Source of the DNA: the human T2T-CHM13v2.0 reference genome, Homo sapiens
DNA length: 64,000 nucleotides
Strand: one strand, 5' to 3'
Assembly: GCF_009914755.1 (NCBI RefSeq)
Contig: NC_060947.1
A program made the translations under genes and the position numbers. The stretch's first letter is position 1. Each line of letters opens with the position of its first letter. Below are positions 1-14,329 of the stretch, in pieces. The notes beneath the pieces are model-generated. The model saw nothing but the letters and a program-made list of their open reading frames with translations. It was not told the origin of the DNA and searched no databases.

Positions 1-4
1 CTTA

Positions 5-256
<252 letters not shown>

Positions 257-1804
257 CTAGTCCCCTAAAGTTCCCCCTTCTTTTAAGAAAAACAGAAATC
301 CATCTACAAAGATTATAAGTAAATGACCCAGAATGATCAGGGAATGAAGTGTTTCAGTAAAGTAAATATTTGGGTAAATTGGTAATATTTTCCATTCATG
401 ATCCCAGATTTTCAAAGCATTAGAATATTATAACTATATTGAACAAGAGAGAACCACCTTTCCCTGGATTTAGGAATCACTTCAAAAAATTTGTATACCC
501 TGGGGTCATCATGAGGAACACTGGTAATCACTTACAGGACTTTAAGAAAGCTAGAATCTAGAAGAGGCCTTAAAGACAATCTTGCTCAGCCAGATGTAGA
601 AGATGTTAGAGATTGGATTCTCTGTACTGACCCTATGACACAAACTAGAATTTTTAAAAAGTTAGTTTTGCACTTGTTGCTCATAAAAGCTGAGTGTAGA
701 ATATACAAATGCATAATCTCCTGGGCAGTATAATGTGGTCGCCTGTCTGTAAATGCAATTATTACAACGAAGAGTGAAGCAGTCTTTTATAAAGTTATTT
801 TGTTTTCTTCACTAAAATTCTCTTCATTGACTTCACTGGTGTCCTTTAACTTTTGTGCTATCAGTGATAATGCGTCACTTTAACCCCTTGTCAAGGTTAA
901 CCCGCTCTTTTACTACACTTCCATTAAGCCTTGCTGATTAGATGTCAAATAACATTCTTTATCATCAAGAGTGTATTTAAGTTATTTTTAAGGCCTCATC
1001 CTAAATGCTTAATTTATTTCACTTCCACAGAGACTTCAAATATCCAGCCCATTTTTTTCTGAGTTCTCCTTGAGATTGCCTAGGCATAAGCAACAGTTAA
1101 AATGGCATCTTTGCTACTATGAGACTGTAAAGCTCTTTGTAGTGCCTTCACAATGCATAAACTTCTTCATGAAATCTCTTCCATAATAACATTTCATATT
1201 CTAAATAATGCCCTGGTTCACAGGCTGAATCAATAAGACATGTACACTGGCAAGCAGAAGGTTGGTAAAAATATCTTTAGACACTGACTTTGCTTCATGA
1301 TGGTGAACTCGGCAATCATCTAGCCAAAGAATAGCTTGGCCTTAGATATGCAACCAGGTAGAGACCAATTAAAGAAAAAGATTTCTCCATCTATGAATTC
1401 TCTTTAAATAAGAATTAAATGTGTGATTTTGGAAGTTCTTAGATGCAAATGCTATTTTCCAATTATGAAAAGCTTACATTTTGTAAGTTTACTGCCTTAG
1501 CACATTAAAAAAAGAGATAATTTGCTGACCTTCTGAACATCAATAACTTTTAGGTAGATGGGACGGAACACTAAGTGCTAGGCAAAAAGAGGAGAGAGAT
1601 GTGGAGGAAGAGTACAAATCAATACAAGACATACTTCCTTTCCTCACAGAACTTACAATTAAATTGGGGAGATAAGGCATAAACACAGAAAAAAAAAAAA
1701 AACCCAATCATCCAAACAAAAAAGGCAACCAGAAATAATATGGCAGATAAAGGAGAATACAGAGAAAAGCTATAGACAAAATTGACAAAGTAGACTCTTC
1801 TCAT

Positions 1805-2090
1805 TGACAACATTGAGATTTACCTGAGCCCTGTGCTTTTGCAAAAGCAGTGATGGTTAAGAAACCCTCCACCCTTTTGCGTTACGAGAAATGGCGAACT
1901 GCAAAGGACCACATTGCCCTGGCATATTCTAAGGAAAGACTCATCTCTCTCCTTCCTCAGCATGCCCATAAGACTGGTAGATGACTCCTTTATTTACCTG
2001 CCTCCATTAAGCAGGTGGCCCCCTTCCTTTTCTTTAAGATGTTCCTTACACTAATGAACATTCTCCTCATGGCAATAGCCTGAATAATAA
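1805..2090 (+). mobile_element. ERV1 5' LTR (3' end lost)
   Basis: Aligns by eye with 12296-12580 (e.g. ctgagccctgtg, aaagcagt.atggttaa, agatgactcc.tt.tttacctg). Confidence 0.8.
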
Positions 2091-3718
2091 TAATGATGAC
2101 GAAGATGATGTCTATCATTCAGAAAGGCCTTTATGTCTCATTGTATGAATTTGTAACATTTTTCTACCTCTGGATAGTATTACTAAATTAGATGATAAAA
2201 TCTCTTAAAGGAGCTCTGTTCTCATTGGCTTATAGAAATAATAAGTGTTTAGATAAATAGAATATTCCTAAAATCCCCAGAAAATAAGGCAATTGAACGT
2301 TCAAGATTTTCAATATGCTAAAAAAAGTATTCCTATAAAAACAAACTCAAATACTTTAAGAATTCAAGTTCATATAATTTAGGTAAATCTTGGGCAAATG
2401 AGACTAACTTAGTAATTTTTGGCTTACTAAAACCAGCCATGTCTTTTCTGATTTATCAGTGTTGGGCATAATATACAGGTAGATTTTTTTTCTACTTGAG
2501 TATATTCTTCCTCAACATAGACAGGTTTACTGATTGAATGAGCTAACATTACTTCTCCTAAGTGTTTACGATTATAAAAAATGTAAATTTGTTTAACCAA
2601 GTTGAGTCGTTATTCTGACAAACTTTATTTCAACAGTAATTATGTTTTGCAGTATATCAACTTGAAGATAATTTATAAAATCTTTAGGTAACTAAAAACT
2701 TTGAGCTGATACTAAATTGAATTAATGAATATTCATTACATACCTAGACCATTTCTAAGTAAGAGAATGCTGAAATATTAATTACTACATATAATTTTGT
2801 ATGCTTTTGCTTCTTATTTCTACATGCTGCAGAAAAGTTATGTATACTTGGGCCTGGTAATGAACATGCTATTTTTTGCCAATTAAAGAAGTTGTTATAA
2901 AGGATGCATATAGATATAGAAAGTTGTAGAGGGATCACAGAAAGGGAATTTTATTTGTTGAGGTGGCTGGCTAAGGTTTGATGAGTTGATTTACAATATT
3001 TCCAAAAAGAACTTTAGTATCAAATATTCTGATGCAAAGCTAGAATTTGGTTTCCTCACTGTTAAAATGGCAAAAAAAAAAAAAAAAAAGATTTGTTCTT
3101 TCACCTTATTGAAAGAGAAGTGCTAGAAAGAATTAGATTTATTCAATATATTACTATTGAGGAGTTGCATGGGAAGAGTTGTCAAATCAGAACAGATGCT
3201 TTGCTTTTTCTAGGTTAAATTGGTATAGGAAAATGTTATTAGCATAAACATTTTAGAAATTGTATGCTGTATGGAACGTTTCTACAGATTCATTAGTGCT
3301 CTCACTGGCCGAGATATGTCAGAATCCTGATGCTGCTTTGCTAGATATTAGATAACTATAGTATAGTGTTTTCAGTAATAATTTCAGCTTTTTAAAATGT
3401 TAACTTGGTCTCCACATTGCTTCTTTGTTTTGAATCTAGCATTTTTCCAGTCATTAGTTTTCAACTGGGGATTCACATCATTTACCTATGAAATTCTGTT
3501 AATATACACATGTTTAAGAACTATTCCAGATTACTGAATCTCTTTACTTGATGTTCTTGATATATTCTGGGTATATTCAACCTATATGCTTGGTATATTG
3601 ATGATATATTATGTCAGGATTATTATATGTTATATCTGAGTCTTTTTTCTCTATAAAGATGATGTTCATGCATTTTTATAAATTACATATAATACCCTCT
3701 CTTCTTTGAAAATAGGAT

Positions 3719-4148
3719 TTCTACAGTTTGGATATTTGGCCTTCCAAGCCTCATGTTGAAATTTGATCCCCAGTGTTGGAGGTGGGGCCTAGTGGGAAGT
3801 GTTGGGTCATGGGGGTGTATCCCTTACAAATGGCTTGGTTGTGATCTCACAGTAATGAGTGAGTTCTCACTCTATTAGTTACTGCTAGAGTTCCCCTGGG
3901 AGCTGGTTGTTAAAAAGAGCCTGACACCTTCTCCCTCTCTCTTGCTTCCTCTCTCACCATGTGATTTGCACATGTGGCTTCCCTTTACCTTCTGTCATAA
4001 GTGGAGGCAGCCTGAAGCCCTCACCAGAAGCAGATACTGGCACCATGCTTCTTGTACAGACTGAAGAGCTGTAAGCCAAATACCTCTTTTCTTTATAAAT
4101 TACCCAGACTCAGGTATTCCTTTAAAAGAACACAGATGTACTAAGACA
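3719..4148 (+). mobile_element. MaLR solo LTR (MSTB-like)
   Basis: tacagtttggatatttgg...ctcatgttgaaatttgatcccc...ataaattacccag...actaagaca matches MST LTRs. Confidence 0.85.
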
Positions 4149-4182
4149 AGGGCTAATCATTATGTATATAGACATTTTTGTC

Positions 4183-7100
4183 TGGATCTGATAGACCTCT
4201 ACAGAACTCTCCACCCAAAAACAACAAAATATACACTCTTCTCATTGCCACATAGCACTTACTCTAAAATCAACCACATAATTGGACATAAAGCAATCCC
4301 TAGCAAGCGCAAAATAACTGAAATCATACCACCAAATACACTCTTGGGACACAGCACAGTAAAAATAGAAGTCAAGACTGAGAAAATCACTCAAAGCCAT
4401 GCAACAAAATAATTACATGGAAACTAAACAACATGCTCCTGAATAACTTTTGAGTAAATAATAAAATTAAGGCAAAAATCAAGAAGTTATTTGAAACTAA
4501 TAAGAAAATAGATACAATACACCAGAATCTCTGGGAAGCAGCTAAGGCAGTGTTAAGAGGGAAACTCCTAGCACTAAATGCCCACATCAAAAAGGTAGAA
4601 AGATCTCAAATTAATAACTTAACATTGCAACTGAATTAGAGAAGCAAGAACAAATCAACCCCAAAGCTAGCATAAGACAAGCAAAATCAGAGCTGAACTG
4701 AAGGAAATTGAGACATGAAAAACCTTTCAAAAGATTGATGAATGCAAAAGTTAGATTTTTGAAAAAATTAATAAGATAGGCCGCTAGCTAGACTAATAAA
4801 GAAGAAAAGAAAGAAGATCCAAATAAACACAATTAGAAATGATGAAGGGAATGTTACCACTGGCCCCACAGAAGCAAAAATAACCAGCAGAATCTATGAT
4901 GAACACTCTATGCACACAAACTAGAAAACCCAGAAGAGATGGATAAATTCCTGGACATATACACCCTCCTAAGACTGAACCAGGGAGAAACTGATACCCT
5001 AAACAGACCAATAATGAGCTCCAGAATTGAATCAGTAATAAATAGCTTTACCAACTAAAAAAAGCCTGGCACTTGATAGATTCACAGCCAAATTCTACCA
5101 GATGTATAAAGAAAGCTGGTAGTATTCCTACTGAAACTATTCCAAAAAATTTAGGAGGAGGGACTCTTCCTCGACTCATTCTATGAGAGCAGCATCATCC
5201 TGATACAAAAACCTGGCAGAGATACAACAAAAAAGAAAACATCAAGCCAATATCCTTGATGAATACTAATGCAAAAATCCTCAACAAAATAATTGCAAAC
5301 CGAATCCAGCAACACAACAAAATGCTAATCCACCATGATCAAGTAGGCTTCATCTCTACGATGCAAGGTTGGCTCAATATATGCGAATCAATAAATGTGA
5401 TTCATCACATAAACAGAACTAAAGACAAAAACTACATGATCATCTCAATAGACGCAGAAAAGGCTTTCAATAAAATTCAACACCCCTTCATGTTAAAAAC
5501 TCTCAATAGGTATTGAAGGAACATATCTCAAAATAATAACAGCCATCTATAACAAACCCATAGCCAACATCATACTGAATGGGCAAAAGCTGGAAGCATT
5601 CCCCTTGAAAACTGGCACAAGACAAAGATGCTCTCTCTCACAACTCCTATTCAACATAGTATTGGAAGTCCCGGTCAGAGCAATCAGGTAAGAGAAAGAA
5701 ATAATGGGCATCCAAATAGGAAGAGAGGAAGTCAAACTATGTCTGCAGATGACATGGTTCTATATCTAGAAAACCTCATAATCTCAGCCCAAAATCTCCT
5801 TCAGCTGATAAACAGCTTCAGCAAAGTTTCAGGATACAAAATCAATGTACAAAAATCACTAGCATTCCTACATACCAACAATAGTCAACCCGAGAACCAA
5901 ATCATGAAAGAACTTCCATTCACAATTGACACAAAAAGAATAAAATACCTAGGAATACAGCTTACCAGGGAGGTGAAAGATCTCTATAAAGAGAATTACA
6001 AAACACTGCTCAAATAAATCAGAGAAGACACAAACAAATGGAAAAACATCCCATGCTCATGGATAGGAGGAATCAATATAATTAAAATGGCCATACTGCT
6101 CAAGGCAACTTACAGATTCAATGCTATACCTATCAAAATACATGTGACATTCTTCACAGAACTAGAAAAAACTATTTTAAAATTCATATGGAACCAAAAA
6201 AGAGCCCAAATGGCCAAGACAATCCTAAGCAAAAAGAACAAAGCTTGAAGCATCATGTTACCCAACTTTGAACTACACTACAGGCTGACAGTAACCAAAA
6301 CAGCATGGTACTGGTACAAAAACAGATACATAGACCAATGGAACAGAATAGAGAGCCCAGAAATAAGGCTGCACACCTATCACCATCTGATCTTCAACAA
6401 AGCTGACAAGAGCAAGCAATGGGGGAAAGACTCCCTATTTAGTAAATGGTACTGGGATAACTAGCTAGCCATATTCAGAAGATTGAAGCTGGACCCCTTT
6501 CTTATAGGATATACAAAAATCAACTCAAGATGGATCAAAGACTTAAATGTAAAACCCAAAACTATAAAAACCCTGGAAGACAACCTAGGTAATACCATTC
6601 TGAACATAGGAACGGGCAAAGATTTCATGACAAAGACAACAAATGCAATTTCAACAAAAGCAAAAGTTGACAAATGGGATCTAATTAAACTTCAGAGCTT
6701 CTGCACAGCAAAATAAACTATCAACAGAGTAAACAGACAACCTACAGAATAGGAGAAAATATTTGCAAACTATGCATCTGACAAAGGTCTAATATCCAGC
6801 ATCTTTAAGGAACTTAACAAGTTTACAAGAGAAAAACAAAAACCCAATTAAAAAGTAGGCAAGGGATATGAACAGATACTTTTCAAAAGACGACATACAT
6901 GCGGCCAACAAGCATAGGAAAAAAAGCTCAATATCAATGATCATTAGAGTAATGCAAATCAAAGCCACAATGAGATACCATGTCACACCAGTCAGAGTGG
7001 CTACTATTAAAAATTCAAAAAAATAATACATGCTGGCGAGGTTGCAGAGAAAAGAAAACACTTATACCCTGTTGATGGGAGAGTAAACCAGTTCAACCAT

Positions 7101-7535
7101 TGAGGAAAGCAGTATGGTGATTTCTCAAAGAGTTAAAAGTAGAACTACCATTTGACTCAGCAATCCCACTACTGTGTATATACCAAGAGGAATATAAATC
7201 ATTCTACTATAAAGACACATGCACGTGAATGTTCACTGCGGCACTATTCACAACAACAAAGACTTGGAATGCTCATCAATGCTGCATGTTCTCACTCAAA
7301 AGTGGGAACTAAATGATGAGAACTCATGAACACAAAAAAGGAAACAACAGACACTGGGATCTATTGAGGGTGGAGGGTGAGAGGAAGGAGAGGAGCAGAA
7401 AAGATAACTGTTGGGTACTGGGCTTAATACCCGGGTGATGAAATAATCTGTATGACAAACCCCTGTGACACAAGTTTACCAAGTAACAGACCTTTACAAG
7501 TATCCCCGAACCTAAACTAAAAATTTTTAAGAAAA
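4183..7535 (+). mobile_element. 5'-truncated L1PA (older, about L1PA12-13-like); disrupted ORF2 and 3'UTR
   Basis: ORF2 fragments ([43 protein letters not shown]) with multiple stops; 3'UTR ggagcagaaaagataact...; A-rich end. Confidence 0.93.
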
Positions 7536-7545
7536 TAGATATTTT

Positions 7546-7860
<315 letters not shown>

Positions 7861-9049
7861 TCAAAAAAAATTTTTGGATTGACTTTTATCTCATTTTCCA
7901 TACCACAGAAACTACACCTCTTTGTCAGTTGCTTTATTATTCTTGTAATGAACTCTTATTGTATTTTTCCCTTTTGAAAATGATCAGCAATAAGTTAACC
8001 ATAGCTGTTGTAAGTCTTTTATCAGCTACAGGTAGACAGCTTTTTATGTTTTACACCAATGCTTCCCTGAAAGCACTTGCATCAGCTACAAGCTAGAGGG
8101 CTTCATCTTCAACAAAGCACTTTTTCAGAGTCCCGTGGAAAAGAACTATGCCAGGTACTTTTGTGTACAGGCTTATGATGAGATGGTTTAAACAACTTTG
8201 AGACCACACTAGTGAACTGAGGCAGGATTTTGAGAACTCTAGTTGAGAAGCAAGTGTGTTAATAAGATAGTGCTAACCCAAGGTGGAGTGGAAAAAGAAC
8301 TAATTACATAGACCTGAATGATAGAAGGGATGATTTGGGTTTTGTTTGGAATATTGCTAAAGCTTTAATATTCTGTTTTCTGGATATATAAGAAACTCAC
8401 TTCCTATTTCTCTTTTCTCTTACACTATCTATAATTCATAACTATCTAGTAGACCATGCTTTTGTAAACTGAAATGAAATGTTTGTAAATGATATCTTAT
8501 ACCCCTGAGTTCTCCAGGATTTGGAAACTCTCATTGAGTATTCTTATTTTCATAGCAATATAAATATCTGCATTGGTTCAATAAAAATCTGTCTGCCCTT
8601 CTTACCAGATCATGATTAGAAACATTGGTATGTAACCAAGGCCTTACCTGGAATGCCATATTTGTGAATGATGCTCACTGAATCAGATATGATCAGACAC
8701 TTTTAAGGAACTAAGGCTGACTTTATGGAGCCAATGCATACAAAGCCCTCTTGGGAAAACTAGCCTGGTACCTGACTTACAGGGTTCTCAGCCTTACAAC
8801 TGAGTAAGGAAGGTTACTTCCTGGCAAGTCTTAGAAGCTTAGGATATTTTGTCGACCTCAAAAAGAGAACAGTTCTCCCACATTTATAGATGCAGCAAGT
8901 AAAATCTTCTTAGCTTGATAGGCTTTTAAAATTTCAAATTCAGATTCCTTATGAAAACTTTGAGCAAAGCAAGCTTAAGGTCTATTTGGTAAATTACCAT
9001 TCTTACTGTGCCTATGTAAATAATCAAGCTAAATCTAATGAGACTTAAT

Positions 9050-10185
9050 TTTTACTTTTTAATATTCTTATTGAGGCAAAACTTACATAACATAAAATTA
9101 ATTATTTTAAAGTGTACAATTTAGTGGCATTTAGTACCTTTACAATACTGTGTAACCTTCACCTCAACCTAGTTCTAAAACATTTCCATTACCTCAAAAG
9201 AAAACCCATGCTTATTAAACATTCACTTCTTACACTCTCATCCGCCTTCCAGCCTCTGACAACCAGTAATCTGTGTTGGGTCTCTATGGATTTACCTATT
9301 TTGGATATTTTATATGTGTAATCACACAATATGTGATCTTTTATGTCTGGCTTCTTTCACTTAATATAATGTGTTTGAGGTTCATCCATGTTGTAGCATG
9401 TGCCAGTACTCTGTTCTTTTTTTAGAGCTGAATAATATTCCATCACACACACACACACACCCACACACCCCACATTGTGTTTATCCATTCATCTGTTGAC
9501 GAATGGGTAACATTTGTGTTGTTTTCATTGTATGGCTATTGTGAATAGTGCTGCTATAAACATTTGTGCATAAGTATTCGTTTGAGTACTTGTTTGCAAT
9601 TCTTTTGAATATTTATACTTAGAAGTGGAATTTTTAGGTCATATAGTAATTCTATGTTTAACTTTTGAGGAACGACCAAACTGTTTTTCACGGTAGTTGC
9701 ACCATTTTACTTTCTCGCCAGCAGTGTATAAGGGCTTCAATTTCTCCACGTCCTCACCAGCACTTGTTATTTTCCAGTTATTTTTGTTTTTAAATTCTAG
9801 CCATCCTAGTATGTGTGAAGTGGTATCTACTTGTGGATCTGGTTTGCATTTTCCTGATGACTAATGATGTCAAGCATTGTTTTATGAGCTTGTTGTCCAT
9901 TTGTAGACCTTCTTTGGAGATATGTCTATTCAAGTCCTTTGCCCATTTTTAAATTTTTAATCTTTTAAAATTTTTAAAAATTTAAAAATTTTTTAATTTT
10001 TTTTTTGCTGTTGAGTTATAAGAGTTCTTTTTATATTATGGATGTCACACACTTATTGGATATATGATTTGCACATATTTTCTCCGATTCTGCAGGTTGT
10101 TGTTTCACTTTGTTGATAAATATCCTTTGAAGCCCCAAAGCTTTACATTTTGATGAACTCCAGTTTAACTATTTTTCTTTTGTTT
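9050..10185 (-). mobile_element. L1MB-type 3' fragment
   Basis: Reverse-oriented L1M 3'UTR (aagtgtacaatttagtggcatttagtac...); contains a short (CA)n near 9443-9470. Confidence 0.85.
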
Positions 10186-10440
10186 TTTGAGACCAGCCTT
10201 ATTTTGCGTTCAAGAATAATCTTTCTTGAGATTATCTTTAGTCAAAAGGAAGTGACTATAGAGAGAAATTTTGTGTTTCAGCAGAAAACTCTGCCTCATC
10301 TATGGCACACCACTCTAGGTTATCAGAGTCTAGTCCTATTCACTGTCTTTGAGCTATTTGGTACCTACTTATAAGCTACAGGTTACTGATGGATAGGCAA
10401 ACTTTATCTTGTCTGGTGGAGATATAATTGACTTCCTTAG

Positions 10441-10698
10441 GGCTAGGCGCAGTGGCTCATGCTGTAATTCCAGCACTTTGGGAGGCTGGGGTGGGAGGAT
10501 TGCTTGAGGCTGGGAATTCAAGTCCTCATCTTCACAAAAAGTTTTAAAAATTAGCTGGGCATGCACCTTTAGTCCTAGCTACTCAGGAGGCTGAGGCAGG
10601 AGGATTGCTTCAGCCTGGGAGTCTGAGGCTGCAGTGGGCTATGATTGTGCCACTGCACTCTAGCCTGGGTGAAGAGACTCTGTTTAAAAAAAAAAAAA
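10441..10698 (+). mobile_element. AluJ with internal deletions
   Basis: Alu body with J-type diagnostics (ggaggattgcttgag); TSD ataattgacttcctt on both sides. Confidence 0.9.
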
Positions 10699-11144
10699 TT
10701 AGATAATTGACTTCCTTTTCTTCTGTGGAAAAACCAGTTTTGGCACCTACTTGTAAATCAAACTGGATCTTGTTAACTTGTCCAAATTGTCAATCTTTAC
10801 CAAATTTTCAGTTCTTCTAGGTTACTTCAATATCTTGCTAATATCCTCCAAACTAACTTTTCCAAGTTTTCTCCCTCCCACCTGACTCAGAGTCACTGAG
10901 AACTAAAACCCGACTGCCCAAATCCCTATTGGGACTCTAAGTTGTCTTGGAGCTTGCCCTCTTTTCCAGGATCTGAGGCAGCCCTGCAAGCTAAACTCCA
11001 GTGGCTCAATATAAACCTAGACGAACACAGAACTGCAGCCGACCATGCATGACTAGAATTCTCCTTGAACAAGCTGCTGCCTAGACTATGATAGAAGTTG
11101 TAAGAAATGCTCAAGTCATGCATACCTTTTACATGAAAGATGAC

Positions 11145-11591
11145 TGTCTTAGTCCATTTAGTGTTGCTATAACAGAATACCTGAGGCTGGATAACTTATA
11201 AAGAAAAGAGGTTTGTTTGGCTTATAATTCTGGTGGCTGGAAAGTTCAAAATTGGGCAGCTGCATCTGGTAAGGGCCTCCCTCATACTGCTTCCATTCAT
11301 GGCAGAAAGCAGAAGGAGAGCAGGTGTGTGCAAAGAGATCACATGGTGAGAGAGAAAGCAAGAGAGAGAAACTGAGGATACTAGACTTCTTTAAAACAAC
11401 TCAGTCATGTGGGAACAAATCCATTCCCATGAGAGAATAAAAACTCACTCACTTCTGCAGGAGGGCATTAATTTATTCATGAGATATCTGCCTCCATGAC
11501 CCAAATACCTCCCATTAGGCTCCACCTCTTAACATTGGGGATTAAATTCAACATGAGTTTTGGCAGGGGGAAACCACATATAAACCATAGC
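11145..11591 (-). mobile_element. MaLR solo LTR (MST/MLT1A-like)
   Basis: tgtcttagtccatttagtgttgctataacagaatacc...aaaccatagc. Confidence 0.85.
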
Positions 11592-11765
11592 GGTAACCAA
11601 GACTGTGGACAAACAACATTGCCAAGAGTACCCATACCCTAGCTCCATGAGTGGTGCTGCAAAATGGAAAAGTTCTCTTCCACTGATGCGTTGGAATCCA
11701 CTGGACTGGTTACTTTCAGGGTTCAATTCTTGGCTCTTTACTATAATATAATCTTTTATATTAAC

Positions 11766-12053
11766 TTTTTTTTTGAGATAGGGTCTCACTCTGTCACCCA
11801 GGGTGGAATGCAGCAGCATGATCTCAGTTGACCGCAACCTCCACCAGGCTCAAGTGATCCTCCCACCTCAGCCTCCCAAGTAGCTGGGACTACAGGTGCA
11901 TGCCACCACACCCAGATAATTTTTTGTATTTTTTGTAGAGACGGGGTTTTGCCATGTTGCCCAGGCTGGCCTCGAACTCCCGAGCTCAAGCAATCCACCC
12001 ACCTCGGCCTCCCAAAGTGCTGAGATTATAGGCATGAGCCACCACACCTGGCC
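11766..12053 (-). mobile_element. AluJ
   Basis: Poly-T followed by reverse Alu with caagtgatcctcccacctcag. Confidence 0.92.
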
Positions 12054-12295
12054 AACATTTCTTTTTTCATTATTGCCATCCCTCTTTTAATATGCCTAAT
12101 TTCCAGGACCCTAAAACAACTGACCTTTGCCATTGTCTCTCAACAGATGGTTCAAGTGGCTTTACAGAAACAATACCAACAAGAGTCCTTGAGAGACTAT
12201 TTCTTAGACTTCAGCTTCACCTCACTTAGGAGCTTTATGTTCTCCTCTGAGTGGCTCAATTATAAATGATATTTGTTTTAAACAAAAGAGAGAAA

Positions 12296-12620
12296 TGACA
12301 GTATTTAAGTTTATCTGAGCCCTGTGTACCCTAGAAAGCAGTAATGGTTAAAAAATCCCCCCCAACCTTTTGTTTTCCAGGAAAAGGTTAACCACAAGTG
12401 ACCATCCTACACTGACACATTATTCCAAGGGAAGACCCATCTCCATCCTTCCTCACAACTCCCAAAAGACTTACAGATGACTCCCTTGTTTACCTGTCTC
12501 TATAAAATGCCAGGCTTCCTTCATTTTCTTTGAGCTGGTCCTCATTAATAAATATTCCCCCTATTGCAATACCTGAATAAAATCATTTCCTTAATTGTCT
12601 GGTACATTTTGTCTTTCACA
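12296..12620 (+). mobile_element. ERV1 3' LTR
   Basis: TG...CA ends, TATAAAA and AATAAA inside, preceded by a PPT and followed by TSD TCAT. Confidence 0.82.
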
Positions 12621-13169
12621 TCATCAACACAAACATGTTCATGGAAGAGACCAGGTTCTGCAAACGTATTTCTGAAAGCACATTTCTGAAATGTGTCTGC
12701 AGCGTTGTGGTTTGGCAGTTGTTTTGTTTTTGTTTTTCCAGATATATCTTGCTTCTTAAATACCCTGGTGAATTATAAACCACAAAATCAATCTTTAAGA
12801 AAAAGTGCAGGGCTCAGTCAACTGTATTTACTTGTGTGCATTTGCCATTTTAGGTCCATTAAAGGTCAGGGGCTTTGATCACGACATCAAGAAATTTATG
12901 TAAAACAGCAAGCAGGTGGCTACCTTACCCAGGCACAACCAGATACCTGCTCTGTTCAACAGTTTGTTACTGGCAAAGATTTTGCAACAATCTTTTATGC
13001 CAGTACTGGTATCAGAAGTTAGCATTATAGATTTCCAATAATGTTTTCTTATTTGGACCTAAGACTTGCTCAGACATCTATTTTCTCTTTACATATTAGC
13101 ATACCTCTTACAATTTTTTACTTTCATTGGTAGTAAGGTTTGGCTTTCCTCTGTTGTTGGCATATAATA

Positions 13170-13380
13170 AAAATAATAGCTGACATCTATTAAGTGATTA
13201 CCCTGTGCCAGGAACTGTACTAGGTGCTTTCAATATTGTTAACTCAATAAATTTTCACAAAAACCCTGTGAAGTAGGTACTACTATTATGCCCATTGAAC
13301 AAATGAGAAAACTAAAGCACAGGGAAATTAAGTAACTTGTCCAAGGAAACATAGGTAGAAAGTGTCTGAACTTGAATTTG
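13170..13380 (-). mobile_element. MIR
   Basis: MIR core: gtaggtactactattatgcccatt...atgagaaaactaaagcacaggg...aagtaacttgtccaagg. Confidence 0.85.
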
Positions 13381-13407
13381 AATTTTTAAAACCACTTTAT
13401 TAAGGTA

Positions 13408-13811
13408 TGCTATGGCTTAAATGTTTGTCCCCTCCAAAACTCGTGTTGAAACTTAAACACCAATATAACAGTATGAAGAGGTGAAGCCTTTTTGGAGCTG
13501 ATTGAGTCATGAGGGATCTACCCTCAAGAATAATCTCTTTATGGATTAATGGGTTATTGAGGCAGTGGGTTAGTTACCACAAGAGTAGGTCTGTTATAAA
13601 GGCCAATGTGGCCATCTCTTCTAAGCCCCTTGCCATGTGATGCCCTGCACTCCTTGGGACTCTGCAGAGTCCTCACGAGAAAAAAGGCCTTCACCAAATG
13701 TGGCTCCTCAACTTTGAACTTCTCAGCCTCCAAAATGTGAGAAATAAATTTATTTTCTTCATAAATTACTCAGTCTCAGGTATTCAGTTAAAGCAATAGA
13801 AAACAAAGAAA
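13408..13811 (+). mobile_element. MaLR solo LTR (MST/MLT1A-like)
   Basis: tgctatggcttaaatgtttgtcccctccaaaactc...ataaattactcagtctcagg. Confidence 0.85.
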
Positions 13812-14010
13812 CGTATGATTGACATACCAAAAGCTGTACATACTTAATGTTTACAACCTGATGAATTTGGAGTTAAGTATACACCCATGAAACCATCACC
13901 ACAATCTATGCCACAAAACTATCCCTTACCTCCAAAAGTTTTTCCTGCCCTGTTTATTTATTTATTTATTGTAATAAGAACAGTTAACATAAGATCTACC
14001 CTCTTATCAA

Positions 14011-14329
<319 letters not shown>

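Noticed and set aside
5256-6716. Functional reverse transcriptase gene
   Set aside because: These are fragments of a 5'-truncated L1 ORF2 with many stops and frameshifts.
9945-10005. AT-only quasi-palindromic tract
   Set aside because: Low-complexity slippage within an L1M fragment.
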